Source of the DNA: Macrostomum lignano
Lineage: Eukaryota
Assembly: GCA_002269645.1 (NCBI GenBank)
Contig: NIVC01001262.1
Coordinates: forward strand, 62,969-126,968
DNA length: 64,000 nt
Reading direction: 5' to 3'
Every line of letters starts with the position of its first letter. The stretch's first letter is position 1. The notes below the pieces were generated by a model. It did no database searches. It was not told where the DNA came from and saw only the letters and a program-made list of their open reading frames with translations. Position numbers and translations under genes: made by a program. Below are positions 1 through 13,400 of the stretch, one piece after another.

Positions 1-1209
1 ACCAAGGCTACAGAGTCGGCGCCGGCGGTGGCATCAGCAGCAAAGCGTGCCTGTTCTCGCTGCATGGTAGAGTGCCTGCAGCGCCAGCAGCAGCCTCCTG
101 TACCTGTTCTGGTGCAGGAGTACGATTCCTAGCTCACGGCGGATGAAGTGATCTGCCAGCTGGAGTCGCCGATAAATCAATTCGACGGCGACAGAATTCG
201 GCGTGCGCGGCGACAGAATGCCGCTATGGTGACCCGCTCGTCGTGGATCTTGAAGGGGGCACAGCATGCCAGTGTGAGCCGTGTCAGCTGGCTGCCTGAG
301 CGAACCTGAGCAAGCGGGACGATCTTAACTACCACCTGGAAAGCTGCCCTCACAGACGAAGTTTTCGCAGAGCATCTGCTCTTCCATCCGTATCGGCATG
401 CAAATATTGAAATGAACAAAACTTCTAATGCTGTAAGTTAATTTGCAATTACCGAGTCTTTTCAGTTACGTTTTGAACTTTTTGATCTGCTCGAAGGAAA
501 CTTTTAAGCAAGATTTCTAAAGGAACAAGTGCTGAAAGTCAACATGACACACCTTGGTACTTGACTTGACTGACTCTCACTTGACGCTAAGCGTAAATGA
601 AGGCGTTTATTTTAGATTTAATAAGATTTGAATATGCTTTCTATTTTATATTTGACTCGATAATAATTAGTAAATCAATTTTTATTGCATGGTAATTTTA
701 AAATGATTATATGTTGATTGCTTCAATAGGTTAGGATGTAAAAGTACATCATGTGCAGCTCGCCCTGCACAGCATGTGCAAAATGGGAAATGAGAGGCCG
801 CAATGGAAAAGCACTGCAGCTAGTTGTGGCCTAAGATATTCTGTGGACAAAATCCGATTCGAATTCGCGCCAAAGTAATTGATGGCATCATTGATCGAGC
901 TACTCTCGGGGGGATCAGGTGGAATCGCAGTCATTGTGGCTATTCAAAGGCAGAGAAAATATAGTTTGCTAAAAGTAAAAACTGAGCATAAAGACATCTT
1001 AAAAGTGTTGCGAAGAAATCAACCCATAATTTACAGTTGCTGGGACCTGATTGCTGATTAGACGAGCATACGGTGGTTCGAAGCGGTAGTTTGAAATGTT
1101 TGAATTTGAAAGATATTTTCATCGCTTTCACTAGAGCCTTAGCCAACTCAGCTCTGCATTCGCTATTGGAAACGGAATAATTATTTGAGCTCGCTGATGT
1201 CCAGTCCGA

Positions 1210-1474
1210 TCAGCACTTTTTCTTCTCGGCGCGGCCGTCGCTGTCGCCCTCCTTGGCATTCAGCCTGGCAGTGTGCGAGTCGATGGCCTCGAAGACCTCC
1301 GTGGCGGTGCGGAGGAGCCGCGGGCCGCTGCGCTTCGGCGAGCGCTTCAAAGCTGGTGCGCTCTGCTGCCGGCTCATGCTGCCGCGCTTCAGCCGCACCC
1401 GGGGCTGCTCGCCCAGCAGCTGCAAGATGCCGTCCACGGTGCTGAACAGCCGGCGCTCGAAGGTCTCCATGCGG
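1210..1474 (-). CDS. KCNH2: ERG terminal exon (coiled coil [20 protein letters not shown]...KKC stop)
   Basis: ccccgcag acceptor in phase 2; the joined peptide resembles the ERG tetramerising coiled coil (LNRLETRLSADMATVLQLL type). Confidence 0.8.
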
Positions 1475-4400
1475 CTGCGGGGTGGTCACGAAATAAAAAC
1501 AGGTCTGAACAGTGTTCACTTGATTTGAGCAATCTTTGACCAAATTCCTTTCAGTAGAAACACTCGGGCCACTCTTCTATTATTAGCCTATTAGCCTAAA
1601 CTAGCCTAAATTTCAATCATCTCCGTTCCAGTCGGATGGTAAGCAGTGCTTACCATAGACTATTTGGCTTCTGACTGAGCCATAGATATATTTTCTCTGT
1701 TCTGGTCGGCATGGTAAGCAATGCTTATCAATAGGCATTCAGCCGGCTAGTGTAGAAAAAAAGGCATAACTGTATATTTAAGTTGCCTGTTTCTAGACTG
1801 AAAGCACACTATGGTCCCTGTACAAGAGGGATGGGCAACACGAACAGTATAAGAAACGTGCTTTTTCCTAGCCCCAGTCAGTTCAAACAGAGAAGCTGAT
1901 CTGTCTCCTCACTCGTCTAGCTTCTTTAACAGCTTATACAGTCGCGCTTTATATTACTGTGGCTTTTGGACTCTATCAAGTTTTTGTTTCCTATACTTTA
2001 TTCGTCTCAGTCTGGTTTGAGTCGAATGCTAAAACCAGTTCTCAAAGAGCTTGAAACGGTCTAAGCGGACGAAGTGTCTGAACTCATGACATCGGACGAC
2101 ATCAGGTGATTCTTCTGGTGAGTCAGATGTTCGGGACAGTGTTGATGAGGACGTAGCTGATGAATTGTCATGGCGGCCTGCTATCGTTGGGAGCGACGCA
2201 TCGAGTTTTTCGGAACACTTGGCCTGAATCCTGGAATAATAGTGCCTGCCGGTGTTGAGCACTCAACTTCCTTCTTCTTAGGTTTATTCCTGTCTGATTC
2301 GTTGTTTGAAAACCTAGCTATGTGGACTAACCGTAGAGCTTGGGCAGCAATTCATTCCTTGGATGCTGATGACCTACCTTTGAGTTTGTCACAGTGGACC
2401 GAATGTAGGAAGTCAAGAAGTACATGGGAAGCAACAAGAAGACTGAGATGAATGACTACTGGAGTACTGACAGCTACTACTTGACACCATACTTTCAAGC
2501 ACCTGAGGCGCTCTCTAGAGACCGCTTCAAGCAATTGCTCGGCTTTCTTCGCTTTTACGATTGCCTTGAGGATCCCACACCTGGTGATCAGTTATACAAG
2601 ATTCCTCCATTTTTGAACAATTTGCGTGACACCTGCGTGAACATCTACAGACCTGACGAAGAAATGAGTGTTGACGAGTCGTTAGTTCTTTACAAAGGAC
2701 GACTAGGCTTCAAGCAGTACATTCCAACTAAGCGCGCCAGGTACGGCATCAAGCTGTACTGTGCTTGTGTGTCTGAAACAGGCTACTTGTTCAACTTTCG
2801 AGTTCATGCTACTCCGGAGGAGAATCGTAGATTTGTTTTAGATCCACAAAGTGAACACCTGTCATTCAGAGAAAAAATTGTTGTCGAGCTTTGCCAAGAT
2901 CTGTTGGACCAAGGCTACCGCATTTTTGTCGACAAATGCTTTGGTTCTTATCGGTTGGCCAAGTACCTTCTGGATCGAGATACTCATTTGACTTGCACCA
3001 AGTCAGCCAAGACCAACTACGCGGTGTCGCGTCTGCTACCGAGCTGAAAGAATCAAACGAATAATCTACTGCTGCCCTGCGTGTCCAGGTGAACCAGGAC
3101 TGTGTCTGGAGACCTGCTTTCTGCAGCAATGGCATTCTTGAATTCTTGACAGTTTTTGGTTCCCGGTGCACGCATGCAGCAGGCAAAATAAGCATGCAGC
3201 AGCCTTCTATCAGGGAAGATATCGTTCTAAAAGTTCTGCTTACCATAGCCGACCGGAACGGAGTGTGTATTTTACCATAGATTATATTTGATTTGAATCC
3301 ATCTGACTTCTGCCTAGACTGAAACTAGGGTGTGCGCATGGTAAGCAGTGCTTCCATCAGACTTTTGGAGGTTTTAAAGCTACTTTCCATTGGGCGTCTG
3401 TTTGGAGTCTTGCGGTTAGATTTGAGCTGCAAGTAAAATTGATAATCAACGTGCACTAGATTGACCTCGGGACTAGGCTGTGTACGATTTCAATTTCCTC
3501 CTTCACTTTTTATTGGCTAAAATTTATCGATTTCCAGTCCTACCCCGGCCTGGTTCTACCCGTCCCTAATTTATTGCTCTCCTCAGCCATGTACATTTTT
3601 AGTGGCACTCGCTAATGTACATCACACCTGACTGCACTAATTACGAGTTGTTTTCGCTTTGTGCTTTGGGCTTTGTGCCACTTTAACTGCCTTTATTTGT
3701 AAAGTCTAAAATAGTTTAGAAAGTCATGCGCATACATATGCCGAAAAGTAAGTAGGCTAAGTGCACTTTGCAAGAAAATTTAGCGAGGTGTTAAAAGGAA
3801 CTCTGAAACCTCTAAAAAATCCGCACCACTTAGCGCTGTTCAGTCCACATCCTATGCGCCCCTGCTCACGTGTTCAGAGTGTCCACTCGGTGAGTAATAT
3901 TCTCAACCGACTTGTCCCCAGGCGCCCGAGTCTCCTGACTCCTGATTCCACCGCCGCCGCCTCCGCTGCTGCCGCCTGACTTCCACTTGGAAAGGGTGAC
4001 CGCGACAGCGCTGTAGCTTTTCTGCATGTGCGGATGTCCGGGATGCGCGTTACTCACTTCCGAGGCCTGCCGGGTCATACCGGGAGTGTCTGCCAAGTGG
4101 AGGGTTGCGAAGGTATGGATGGTGTACTTTTGCGAAAGCACTCTTGGTATTGATGGTGTACTTTTGCGAAAGCACTCTCCGTATGGATGGTGTACTTTTG
4201 CTCTTTGTATGGATTAAAACAGTCTCGTCAACTGTTTTAAAAAAGCGTGTACTTTTTAACCAAGACTGTAGGTACATTTTAAGGTCAATTCTTTTTTTTA
4301 CCGACAAATCTGCAAAACTTCAAACCGCATCTGCTCAAAGCTTTACAAGCTGCAAACTGCATCACTCACTCGGCCCCGAGGAGGTGATGCTCCGAGCCTT

Positions 4401-7400
4401 CTTGGTCTGCAGCAGCGGCTTCTTCTGCCGGATGAAGCGCAGCGTCTCGTCGTCCATGGAGCAGCTGAGCGCCTGCTGGTCGGACTCCGTCAGGTTGAAC
4501 GTCACTTTGAAATTCTGCTTGAAAATCGGCGCCCACTCGTTGTAAACGTTGAGAATCTCTTTCAGGTCGCCGACGCTGATCTTGTTGAGGTCCACGTAGC
4601 TGAGAGCGCGGCAGGTGTACAGCGACTGGCCGACGTGGCCGCGGACGGCGCGCATCGCCTCGTCGCCGAAGATGTCATCGCGGCCGAGTATGGCCATCAC
4701 GGTGTCGTCCTGGGAGATTTCAACTGAGCCGCGGACCACGAAGTAGATGTTCTCCAGGATGTCGCCCGGGTGGACCAGGGTGTCGCCTTGGCGGGCAGTT
4801 TGGTTCAATCGAGATCGGTTACTCATACATTTGTAATTGTGAGAAATGGAATTCACTTCGGGGAAAGCTGATTCGCGATAGTGCAAGGAGCGATATAAAA
4901 AGTGCTCAAAGAACTTTAACTGCATCTTTCACAAGCCAATCGTGCTCGTAAAACTCACCCGGTGGCACGTGGGTTGTCCTGAACTTCATGCTGAATGCCC
5001 TGAGGCATCCCGGACTGGCTCCTTTGAACGCTGGGCAATTATTCAGCAGGTTCCGGTTCATGTGCAGGCAGATGTCGGCCTGCAGACACTCAGGGAATGT
5101 CTTCAGCACCACGTTTGTGTCCAGGCCGTTAGTGTAGTTCCAGGAGTTCTGCAACAGGTGGGCCGGTGTGCACTCTCTCACCGGTGTGCACTCTCTATCT
5201 CTCTCCCTGGTGTGCACTCTATCTCACAGATGTGCACTCTCTCACCGGTGTGCAATTTCACTGGTGTGCACTCTCTCACCGGTGTGCACTCTCTATCTCT
5301 CTCCCTGGTGTGCACTCTATCTCACAGATGTGCACTCTCTCACCGGTGTGCACTTTCACTGGTGTGCACTCTCTCACCGTTGTGCACTCTCTCACCGGTG
5401 TGCACTCTCTCACCGGTGTGCACTCTCTCACCGGTGTGCACTCTCTATCTGTCTCAGCAGTGTGCACTCTCTCACCAGTGTGCACTCTATCTCACAGGTG
5501 TGCACTCTATCTCACAGGTGTGCACTCTCTCACCAGTGTGCACTCTATCTCACAGGTGTGCACTCTATCTCACAGGTGTGCACTCTCTCACCGGTGTGCA
5601 CTCTCTCACCGGTGTGCACTCTCTCTCACCGGTGCGCACTCTCTCACCGGTGTGCACTCTCTCACCGGTGTGCACTCTCTCACCGTAGTGCACTCTCTCA
5701 CCGGTGTGCACTCTCTCACCGGTGTGCACTCTCTCACCGGTGTGCACTCTCTCACCGGTGTGCACTCTCTCACCGGTGTGAACTCTCTCTCACCGGTGCG
5801 CACTCTCTCACCGGTTCACAGAACCAATAGCTCACAGCTCACCTGGAAACTCTCCTGCAACCTGTGAGCCAGGTTTTTGGGTATCTTGTGAAACTTGATA
5901 AACTCTTTAATGCTGGTCTTCTTCTCGTGGAACTCTTCAGAGCCCTGATAGATCCGCAGCATGATGCTGCTGACGTTGCCGAAGATGGCGGCGGACATCA
6001 GCGAGCCGATCAGCATGCCGAATATCGTGAAGATCTTCTCGGCGTTTGTGTTCGGGCTGACGTTACCGAACCCGATGCTGGTGAGGCAGGTGAAGGTGAA
6101 GTACAGCGCGGTGATGTACTTGCTCTGAATGTCGGGCCCTCCGGTCACTATGCCGGTGGTCGAGTTCTCCAGGAACGGCTTGTTGAATGTCTTCGCCAGG
6201 TGGTCCAGCCAGCCAACCTGCGACGTGGGAAAAGCATGAGTCATTAACCTGTCGATCTTCGAAATTCTCAAATTGGAATCCCTCTTTTAGGAACCCTCAG
6301 ACTCGCCGGTCACTTCCCTTGATCCTCTGACTCGCCTGTCACTTCCCCTGATCCTCTGACTCGCCTGTCACTTCCCCTGATCCTCTGACTCGCCTGTCAC
6401 TTCCCCTGATCCTCTGACTCGCCTGTCACTTCCCTTGATCCTCTAACTCGCCTGTCACTTCCCCTGATCCTCTGACTCGCCTGTTACTTCCCCTGATCCT
6501 CAAGCTTAACTGTCATTTCCCTGATCTTCTTGTTCCCGCCCAAGATTTATGATTCAAGATTCACGTTTAATCCCCCCATAGTTGATTATGGCGCAGCATC
6601 CCCAGATCTCCCAACAACTGCCTCATCAAACCTTGGCGGGTAGGCCGTCCCGCTCTACATAGGCGATGGCGTAGAAGATGCAGGCGAACCAGTGCGCCAC
6701 CAGGGTGAAGGTGGCCATCAGCAGCAGCATCACGGCCGCTCCGTATTCGCTGTACTGGTCGATTCGGCGGGCCACTCGGAGCAGCCGCAGCAGACGGGCG
6801 GTCTTGAGCACCCCGGTGATGGTCATCGTGTCCGTGGCGCCGCCGCTGCCGAACAGCAGCAGGTCGAATGGGATGGCGGCGATGGCGTCCAAGAGGAACC
6901 AGCCTGGAAATGGGACACCAGGTGCCATCAGCCCCAGCTCCAGCCTCATCCCCAGCTCCAGCTTCATCCCAAACTTGAGCCTCATCCCCAGCTCCTGATT
7001 CATCCTCAACTTGAGCCTCATCCCCAGCTCCTGCTTCATAACCAGCTCCAGCTTCATCCCAAACTTGAGCCTCATCCCCAGCTCCTGCTTCATAACCAGC
7101 TCCAGCTTCATCCCAAACTTGAGCCTCATCCCCAGCTCCTGCTTCATAACCAGCTCCAGCTTCATCCCAAACTTGAGCCTCATCCCCAGCTCCTGCTTCA
7201 TAACCAGCTCCAGCTTCATCCCAAACTTGAGCCTCATCCCCAGCTCCTGCTTCATAACCAGCTCCAGCTTCATCCCAAACTTGAGCCTCATCCCCAGCTC
7301 CTGCTTCATCTTCAACTTGAGCCTCATCCCCAGCTTCTGCTTCATCCTCAACTTGAGCCTCATCTCCAGCTTCTGCTTCATCCTCAACTTGAGCCTCATC

Positions 7401-10400
7401 TCCAGCTTTAGCTGCAGCTCCAGCCTTTCTCATCTTCCTTGGTAATCGAACACAGGACCCCTCTGTCCCAAAAAGGTGAACTTCGCCTTGATTAATAGCT
7501 TCCCGCTATGGGGAGCTTTTTCTTTTCCAGCTGAAAACAGCATCTCTAGTTAAAACTGAGCTGAGTGCGCCCGGCCCTGATTGCCCCGCCCCCTTGATCT
7601 CCGGGCAAGCGTCGCACTCTGCCCCCGTCCCCCTTGTCTCAAGGCTTCGAGTTTGCAGGGAGAGGCAGAGCGGCAAAAGGTAACTCAAATCCCCCGGGGG
7701 TTCCTCCACCCCTCCACCTGTGAGGACTTTGGTTGCCATTTGTCCCGCAGTTCGCCCTCTTCCTCCTAATGGCCACGGGCGCCATGCTGCCTCTGTGCGC
7801 CGGCCCTGGAGGAACCAGAGGCAAAGGACCGGCCGACCGACTTCCAACCCCCCCCCCCTGTGCCCAAGAGCAGCCCCCGGCTAGGATCCGCAGCTCCAAT
7901 TATCCCGCAGTGCTGCATTTTACCTACACTTTTTCAAGGGGACATTCTGGTTATTTTACATCCGCTAAATTAAATTTCTCCTCATCTGAATTTCCCACCT
8001 CCGAGGCCAAACCCAGGCTTAACTTCGTTTCCGCCTCGCGCCTAGCAACCGGGCGTGGGAGAGAGGGGAGCGAAACTCACACCGGATTAATTGGGGAAGG
8101 GAAGTGAGGGCATAGCTCCCACTGCAGGGAAACTTTTCCCTGCGTGATGTAGCACAGGGAGGACTCTTGTCGCAGGCGCCCTGTCTGTCTGTCAGCCTGC
8201 AGGAGCTGCTAATGAGTGGCGCGACACTCGATGACCATCGGACTGCGGCCCCCTCCCTGGCTCACTTTCCACTGGCCGCGGGCATCATTAAGGACTGCAG
8301 GCACTCATCTGCTGGCTCTGCCGTGTTGTTGAACACCCTGCAGCACACCTGCTTTCATATACAGTTCACACTAATGCTTTAATTACTCAAAGCGATTTAC
8401 TTCTCGCGCAGGTAATTGGGGATCGGGGCTGAGTTGGAAGCCCCCTCAGCATTGTTTCGGCTGAGCCCTCAGCTGGCTGCTGCGCGATTGCACTGTTACT
8501 TACTGTGGATCCGAAATGCGCTGCTGCGGCCCGCGTTGCTTGAAAATAATAGAAAGTTTCTTCTTGAAGAGGCCTGGCTCAGCCTCCACCCCCTCACCCC
8601 AAGGAGCACTCTTCCCTTCTTTGACTCGAACCTGGCAAAGTTTATCCCCTGACAAATCCCCCATCTCTAAACTCTGGAGAGGCTCAGGAGGCCCGTCATG
8701 CCGCCTCTCCGCAGCTCGGGATTACCGGGGGCGGGGAGAAGTGCGAAACGAACTCCGAGAGCTCGGCAGGGGGATTTGCTCAGCTCAAAATGGGTTCTAA
8801 CCGACTAGGAGGAAGGGGAGAGGGAGTGGTGAGCTTCAAACCAGGCTGGAGGGGGCTGCAGTTTGAATACTTCTGGCCCGGCGCCAACAACAGTTTTCAT
8901 ATGAAGTCATCCTGAGGCGCCAATATTGATCAGCGCAGCGAGGGGTCGGCCGCTCCAGTCAATTAGCTGATAATCGGGTCGGACCGAACTCGCCGCCCGC
9001 CCCCCCTCTGTTGCTGGCCAGAGGGAAAAGAGATCTGAGTGAGTGAGAGAAAGAGAGAGAGAGCTTGCACAAAGCAATTCAGAGCACTGAGCATCTGCAT
9101 AGCGTGCCGACTCTCTCATGCTCCGGGTTCAGTGCAGTTTGGACAGATAGAAGGTTGGAATAATGAGTTTGAGGAGGCATCGGGGACCGAATGATTAAGG
9201 AGATGGTGAGGGATCTGATGGGGAGAGATCTGATGGGGAGGGATCTGAGGGATGGGGAGGGATCTGAGGGATGGGGAGGGATCTGATGGGGAGAGATCTG
9301 AGGGATGGGGAGGGATCAGAGGATGGGGAGGGATCTGATGGGGAGAGATATGATGGGGAGGGATCAGAGGATGGGGAGGGATCTGATGGGGAGAGATATG
9401 ATGGGGAGGGATCAGAGGATGGGGAGGGATCTGATGGGGAGGGATCTGAGGGATGGGGAGGGATCTGAGGGATGGGGAGGGATCTGAGGGATGGGGAGGG
9501 ATCTGAGGGATGGGGAGGGATCTGATGGGGAGAGATCTGAGGGATGGGGAGGGATCAGAGGATGGGGAGGGATCTGATGGGGAGAGATATGATGGGGAGG
9601 GATCAGAGGATGGGGAGGGATCTGATGGGAGGGATCTGAGGGATGGGGAGGGATCTGAGGGATGGGGAGGGATCTGAGGGATGGGGAGGGATCTGAGGGA
9701 TGGGGAGGGATCTGATGGGGAGAGATCTGAGGGATGGGGAGGGATCAGAGGATGGGGAGGGATCTGATGGGGAGAGATATGATGGGGAGGGATCTAAGGG
9801 ATGGGGAGGGATCTGGGGATGGGAGGGATCTGAGGGATGGGGAGGGATCTGAGGGATGGGGAGAGATCTGAGGGATGGGGAGGGATCTGAGGGATGGGGA
9901 TGGATCTGATGGGGAGAGATCTGAGGGATGGGGAGGGATCAGAGGATGGGGAGGGATCTGATGGGGAGAGATATGATGGGGAGGGATCTGAGGGATGGGG
10001 AGGGATCTGGGGATGGGGAGGGATCTGAGGGATGGGGAGGGATCTGAGGGATGGGGAGGGATCTGAGGGATGGGGATGGATCTGAGATGAGGAGAGGGAT
10101 CTGAGGGATATGAGAGGGGTCTGAGATGGGGAGGGATCAGAGATGGAGAGGAATCATAGATGGGGGATCAGAGATGGAGAAGGATCAGAGAGGCTGATTA
10201 AAGGCTGAATCAAAGATACGCAGTGAGTTCCGCATTTGCAAAAGTGTTGCTACATATTTTCGCATGCTGAGGCAGAGTCGTATTTTGTTTCTCTTCCGCG
10301 TTTAACAGGCGGGGCGCTCTAAGGAGACGCCGCTCGTTTCTCCCGGCTGATCTCACAAAGCCGCTACATCAGGACAAAGGAGGCTCAAAGCCCCGGCCGG

Positions 10401-13400
10401 TCTGCCCGCAGCTTCTGCTGCTTCACCCCCCTCCCTCCCCGAGAGTCGGGATTCGATTGCGAGACCTCGCGCCACGAAAATGCAGCCGCCTTTCCACCGC
10501 GCACTCTTTTTTTGCGTCGTTTAAATAAAAATAAATTTGGGGACGCCAATGAAAGAAGGCCGCAGGAAGCTGGGCGGATGAGGCGCCTTTATCGCCTCAC
10601 CCTCGTTGAGCAGCTTCCTAATGAGCGCCTTCCGTCCCGAGCTTTACACAGCTGGGCGGGGGCGGCCCGCGAGCTTTGCCAGCTTGATGGGGAGGTGAGG
10701 AAGCTGAGCCGCTAGGGCTGGCTGGGCTTATGCCTGCATCTAAGGTTCCCCGCCTCCGCTCGGCATCACTCTGGCCCTGCTTCGGCACGCGCCAGACTAG
10801 TTGGGGATGCAGGTGGGGAGCCCAGCTGCAGCAAGCCCGGCTACTCCGCTCTCTCGCCCTCTCACCCGAAAACTCGCCTTTCAAGCCGATTCGAGGCCTC
10901 GGGGGGCAGCCGCCCCATCAGCACCACCTTGCTGCCTCATCTCATCAGACTCTCGAGCTTAGCATCCTATTCACTGAGCCAGGCTGGCACGTGAAGAAAC
11001 AAAGGTAGAAAAAAAGACTGCAAGCTCCCTCACCAGCTCACAATCCCCCCCCCCTGGAGTCGTTTGCAGTTCGCGCCCGCAGGGGACGGGACTGAAGCGA
11101 GCGAAGCTGTTGGGGAGGAGTTTCGCAGCAGCGCCCGTTTTCTACTACAAATCGGCCGGGTCGATGGCCGGGTCGATGGCCGGGTCGATGACCGGCGCTG
11201 CCTCAGCTCTCCTGCCCGCGCTCGTGTTTCTTTTGGGCTGCGAGAGAGAAACCCGGGGGGGGGGCAGAAGGGGGCAGCAGAAGAAGACAATTTTCAAGCA
11301 AAGCTCAAAACACGCAGCTTTCCAGTGCAACATTTCATTCCCTCAGGACCAGCTGTTTCTGTTCGAGAAATTCGAACCCCCGACCGTCAGCTCACCTTTC
11401 ATGTAGTTCAGGGCGATCTTCTGCGGGTCGCTGATCACCTCGCCATTGTGCACGTAGGTTGTCCTGAAGTTGATGAGGATGTCCGCGATGAAGGTGACGT
11501 CCACGATGAGATCAATGATCACCAGAGGATCCGGGTGGTTTGACTGCGACACGGAGGAGCGAGTCTTCGAGTCCTGGAAGTGGGTTGGGTTGATCAGCTG
11601 TCTGGGACTGATCTATCAGCTGTCTGGGACTGATCTATCAGCTGTCTGGGACTGATCTATAAGCTGTCTGGGACTGATCCATCAGCTGTCTGGGACTGAT
11701 CTATCAGCTGTCTGGGACTGATCCATCAGCTGTCTGGGACTGATCTATCAGCTGTCTGGGACTGAGGACTGATCTATCAGCTGTCTGGGACTGATCTATC
11801 AGCTGTCTGGGACTGATCCATCAGCTGTCTGGGACTGATCCATCAGCTGTCTGGGACTGATCTATCAGCTGTCTGGGACTGATCCATCAGCTGTCTGGGA
11901 CTGATCCATCAGCTGTCTGGGACTGATCCATCAGCTGTCTGGGACTGATCTATCAGCTGTCTGGGACTGATCTATCAGCTGTCTGGGACTGATCTATCAG
12001 CTGTCTGGGACTGATCTATCAGCTGTCTGGGACTGATCTATCAGCTGTCTAGAACTGATCTATCAGCTGTCTAGGACTGATCTATCCGCTATCTACACTA
12101 TCTGAAACTGAAATCTTTCAATTCAAAACCCGCACCTCATTCAGTTTCATCTTGGTCTTGTCCTCGTTGAGCAAGAATGCCGCCGTGTACGGAGTGAACA
12201 CCGCGGTGTACAGCACCAGCATGAGGATCACCCAGTCCCACACTGCTTTGAACGGAGAGTAGTGGAGAATCACGAACCTGAAATGCCGAAGTTTTGGCTC
12301 TTTTTGCAGTGGATTCCACGATCAGTGCTCTGATCTCATTTTATTTTGGCTTCATTTTGGATTCACTCACTCACTCACTCACTCACTCACTCACTCACTC
12401 ACTCACTCACTCACTCACTCACTCACTCACTCACTCACTCACTCACTCACTCACTCACTCAATAATTCAGTCAGTCAGTCAGTCAGTCAGTCAGTCAGTC
12501 AGTCAGTCAGTCAGTCAGTCAGTCAGTCAGTCAGTCAGTCAGTCAGTCAGTCAGTCAGTCAGTCAGTCAGTCAGTCAGTCAGTCAGTCAGTCAGTCAGTC
12601 AGTCAGTCAGTCAGTCAGTCAGTCAGTCAGTCAGTCAGTCAGTCAGTCAGTCAGTCAGTCAGTCAGTCAGTCAGTCAGTCAGTCAGTCAGTCAGTCAGTC
12701 AGTCACTCAATGATTTACCTAGTCGCTCCTACCTGGGAAAAGTCTGTCTGGCCTGGTACTGCGCCTGCGCCAGGACATTCTCGTGCTCATCCGACTGCAT
12801 CGAACCACCCACCACCGCGGCCGCCGCTGCTAGAGCAGCCGCCTCTGACGATGACGCCTTCGGGTCGCCTTCGCTTTGACCGTCGCTGCCGCTGTCTTCG
12901 CTGTCGTCTCGACGATCCCGCTGGCGCTGGTGCTGCAGACGAGGCCCCGAGTCCGGCATGGGGGACTCGTCTCGGACGAAGAAGTTGGCACCTCTGAAGT
13001 CGGCGGGGGAGTCAAACTGAGCGATTGGGCGTTTGATGCATGCGTGCAGACTGGCCTCTGAGTGCTGAATCCGCCTGTCCCTGTCTGTCCCTGTCTGTCC
13101 CTGTCTGTCCCTGCCTGTCCCTGTCTGTCCCTGCCTGTCCCTGTCTGTCCCTGTCTGTCCCTGTCTGTCCCTGTCTGTCCCTGTCTGTCCCTGTCTGTCC
13201 CTGTCTGTCCCTGCCTGTCCCTGTCTGTCCCTGTCTGTCCCTGTCTGCCCCTGTCTGTCCCTGTCTGTCCCTGTCTGTCCCTGTCTGTCCCTGTCTGTCC
13301 CTGCCTGTCCCTGTCTGTCCCTGTCCCTGTCTGTCCCTGTCTGTCCCTGCCTGTCCCTGTCTGTCCCTGCCTGTCCCTGTCTGTCCCTGTCTGTCCCTGT

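Noticed and set aside
1-310. Plus-strand frame 1 coding-like stretch (TKATESAPAVAS...QEYDS*LTADEVICQL...)
   Set aside because: Internal stop, no recognisable domain, and cut by the window edge; cannot be called.
6567-7433. Long minus ORFs through the 54-nt array, one in frame with ERG exon 5
   Set aside because: The unit length is a multiple of 3 and stop-free; the canonical acceptor at 6904 joins exon 4 in phase, so the extension is incidental.
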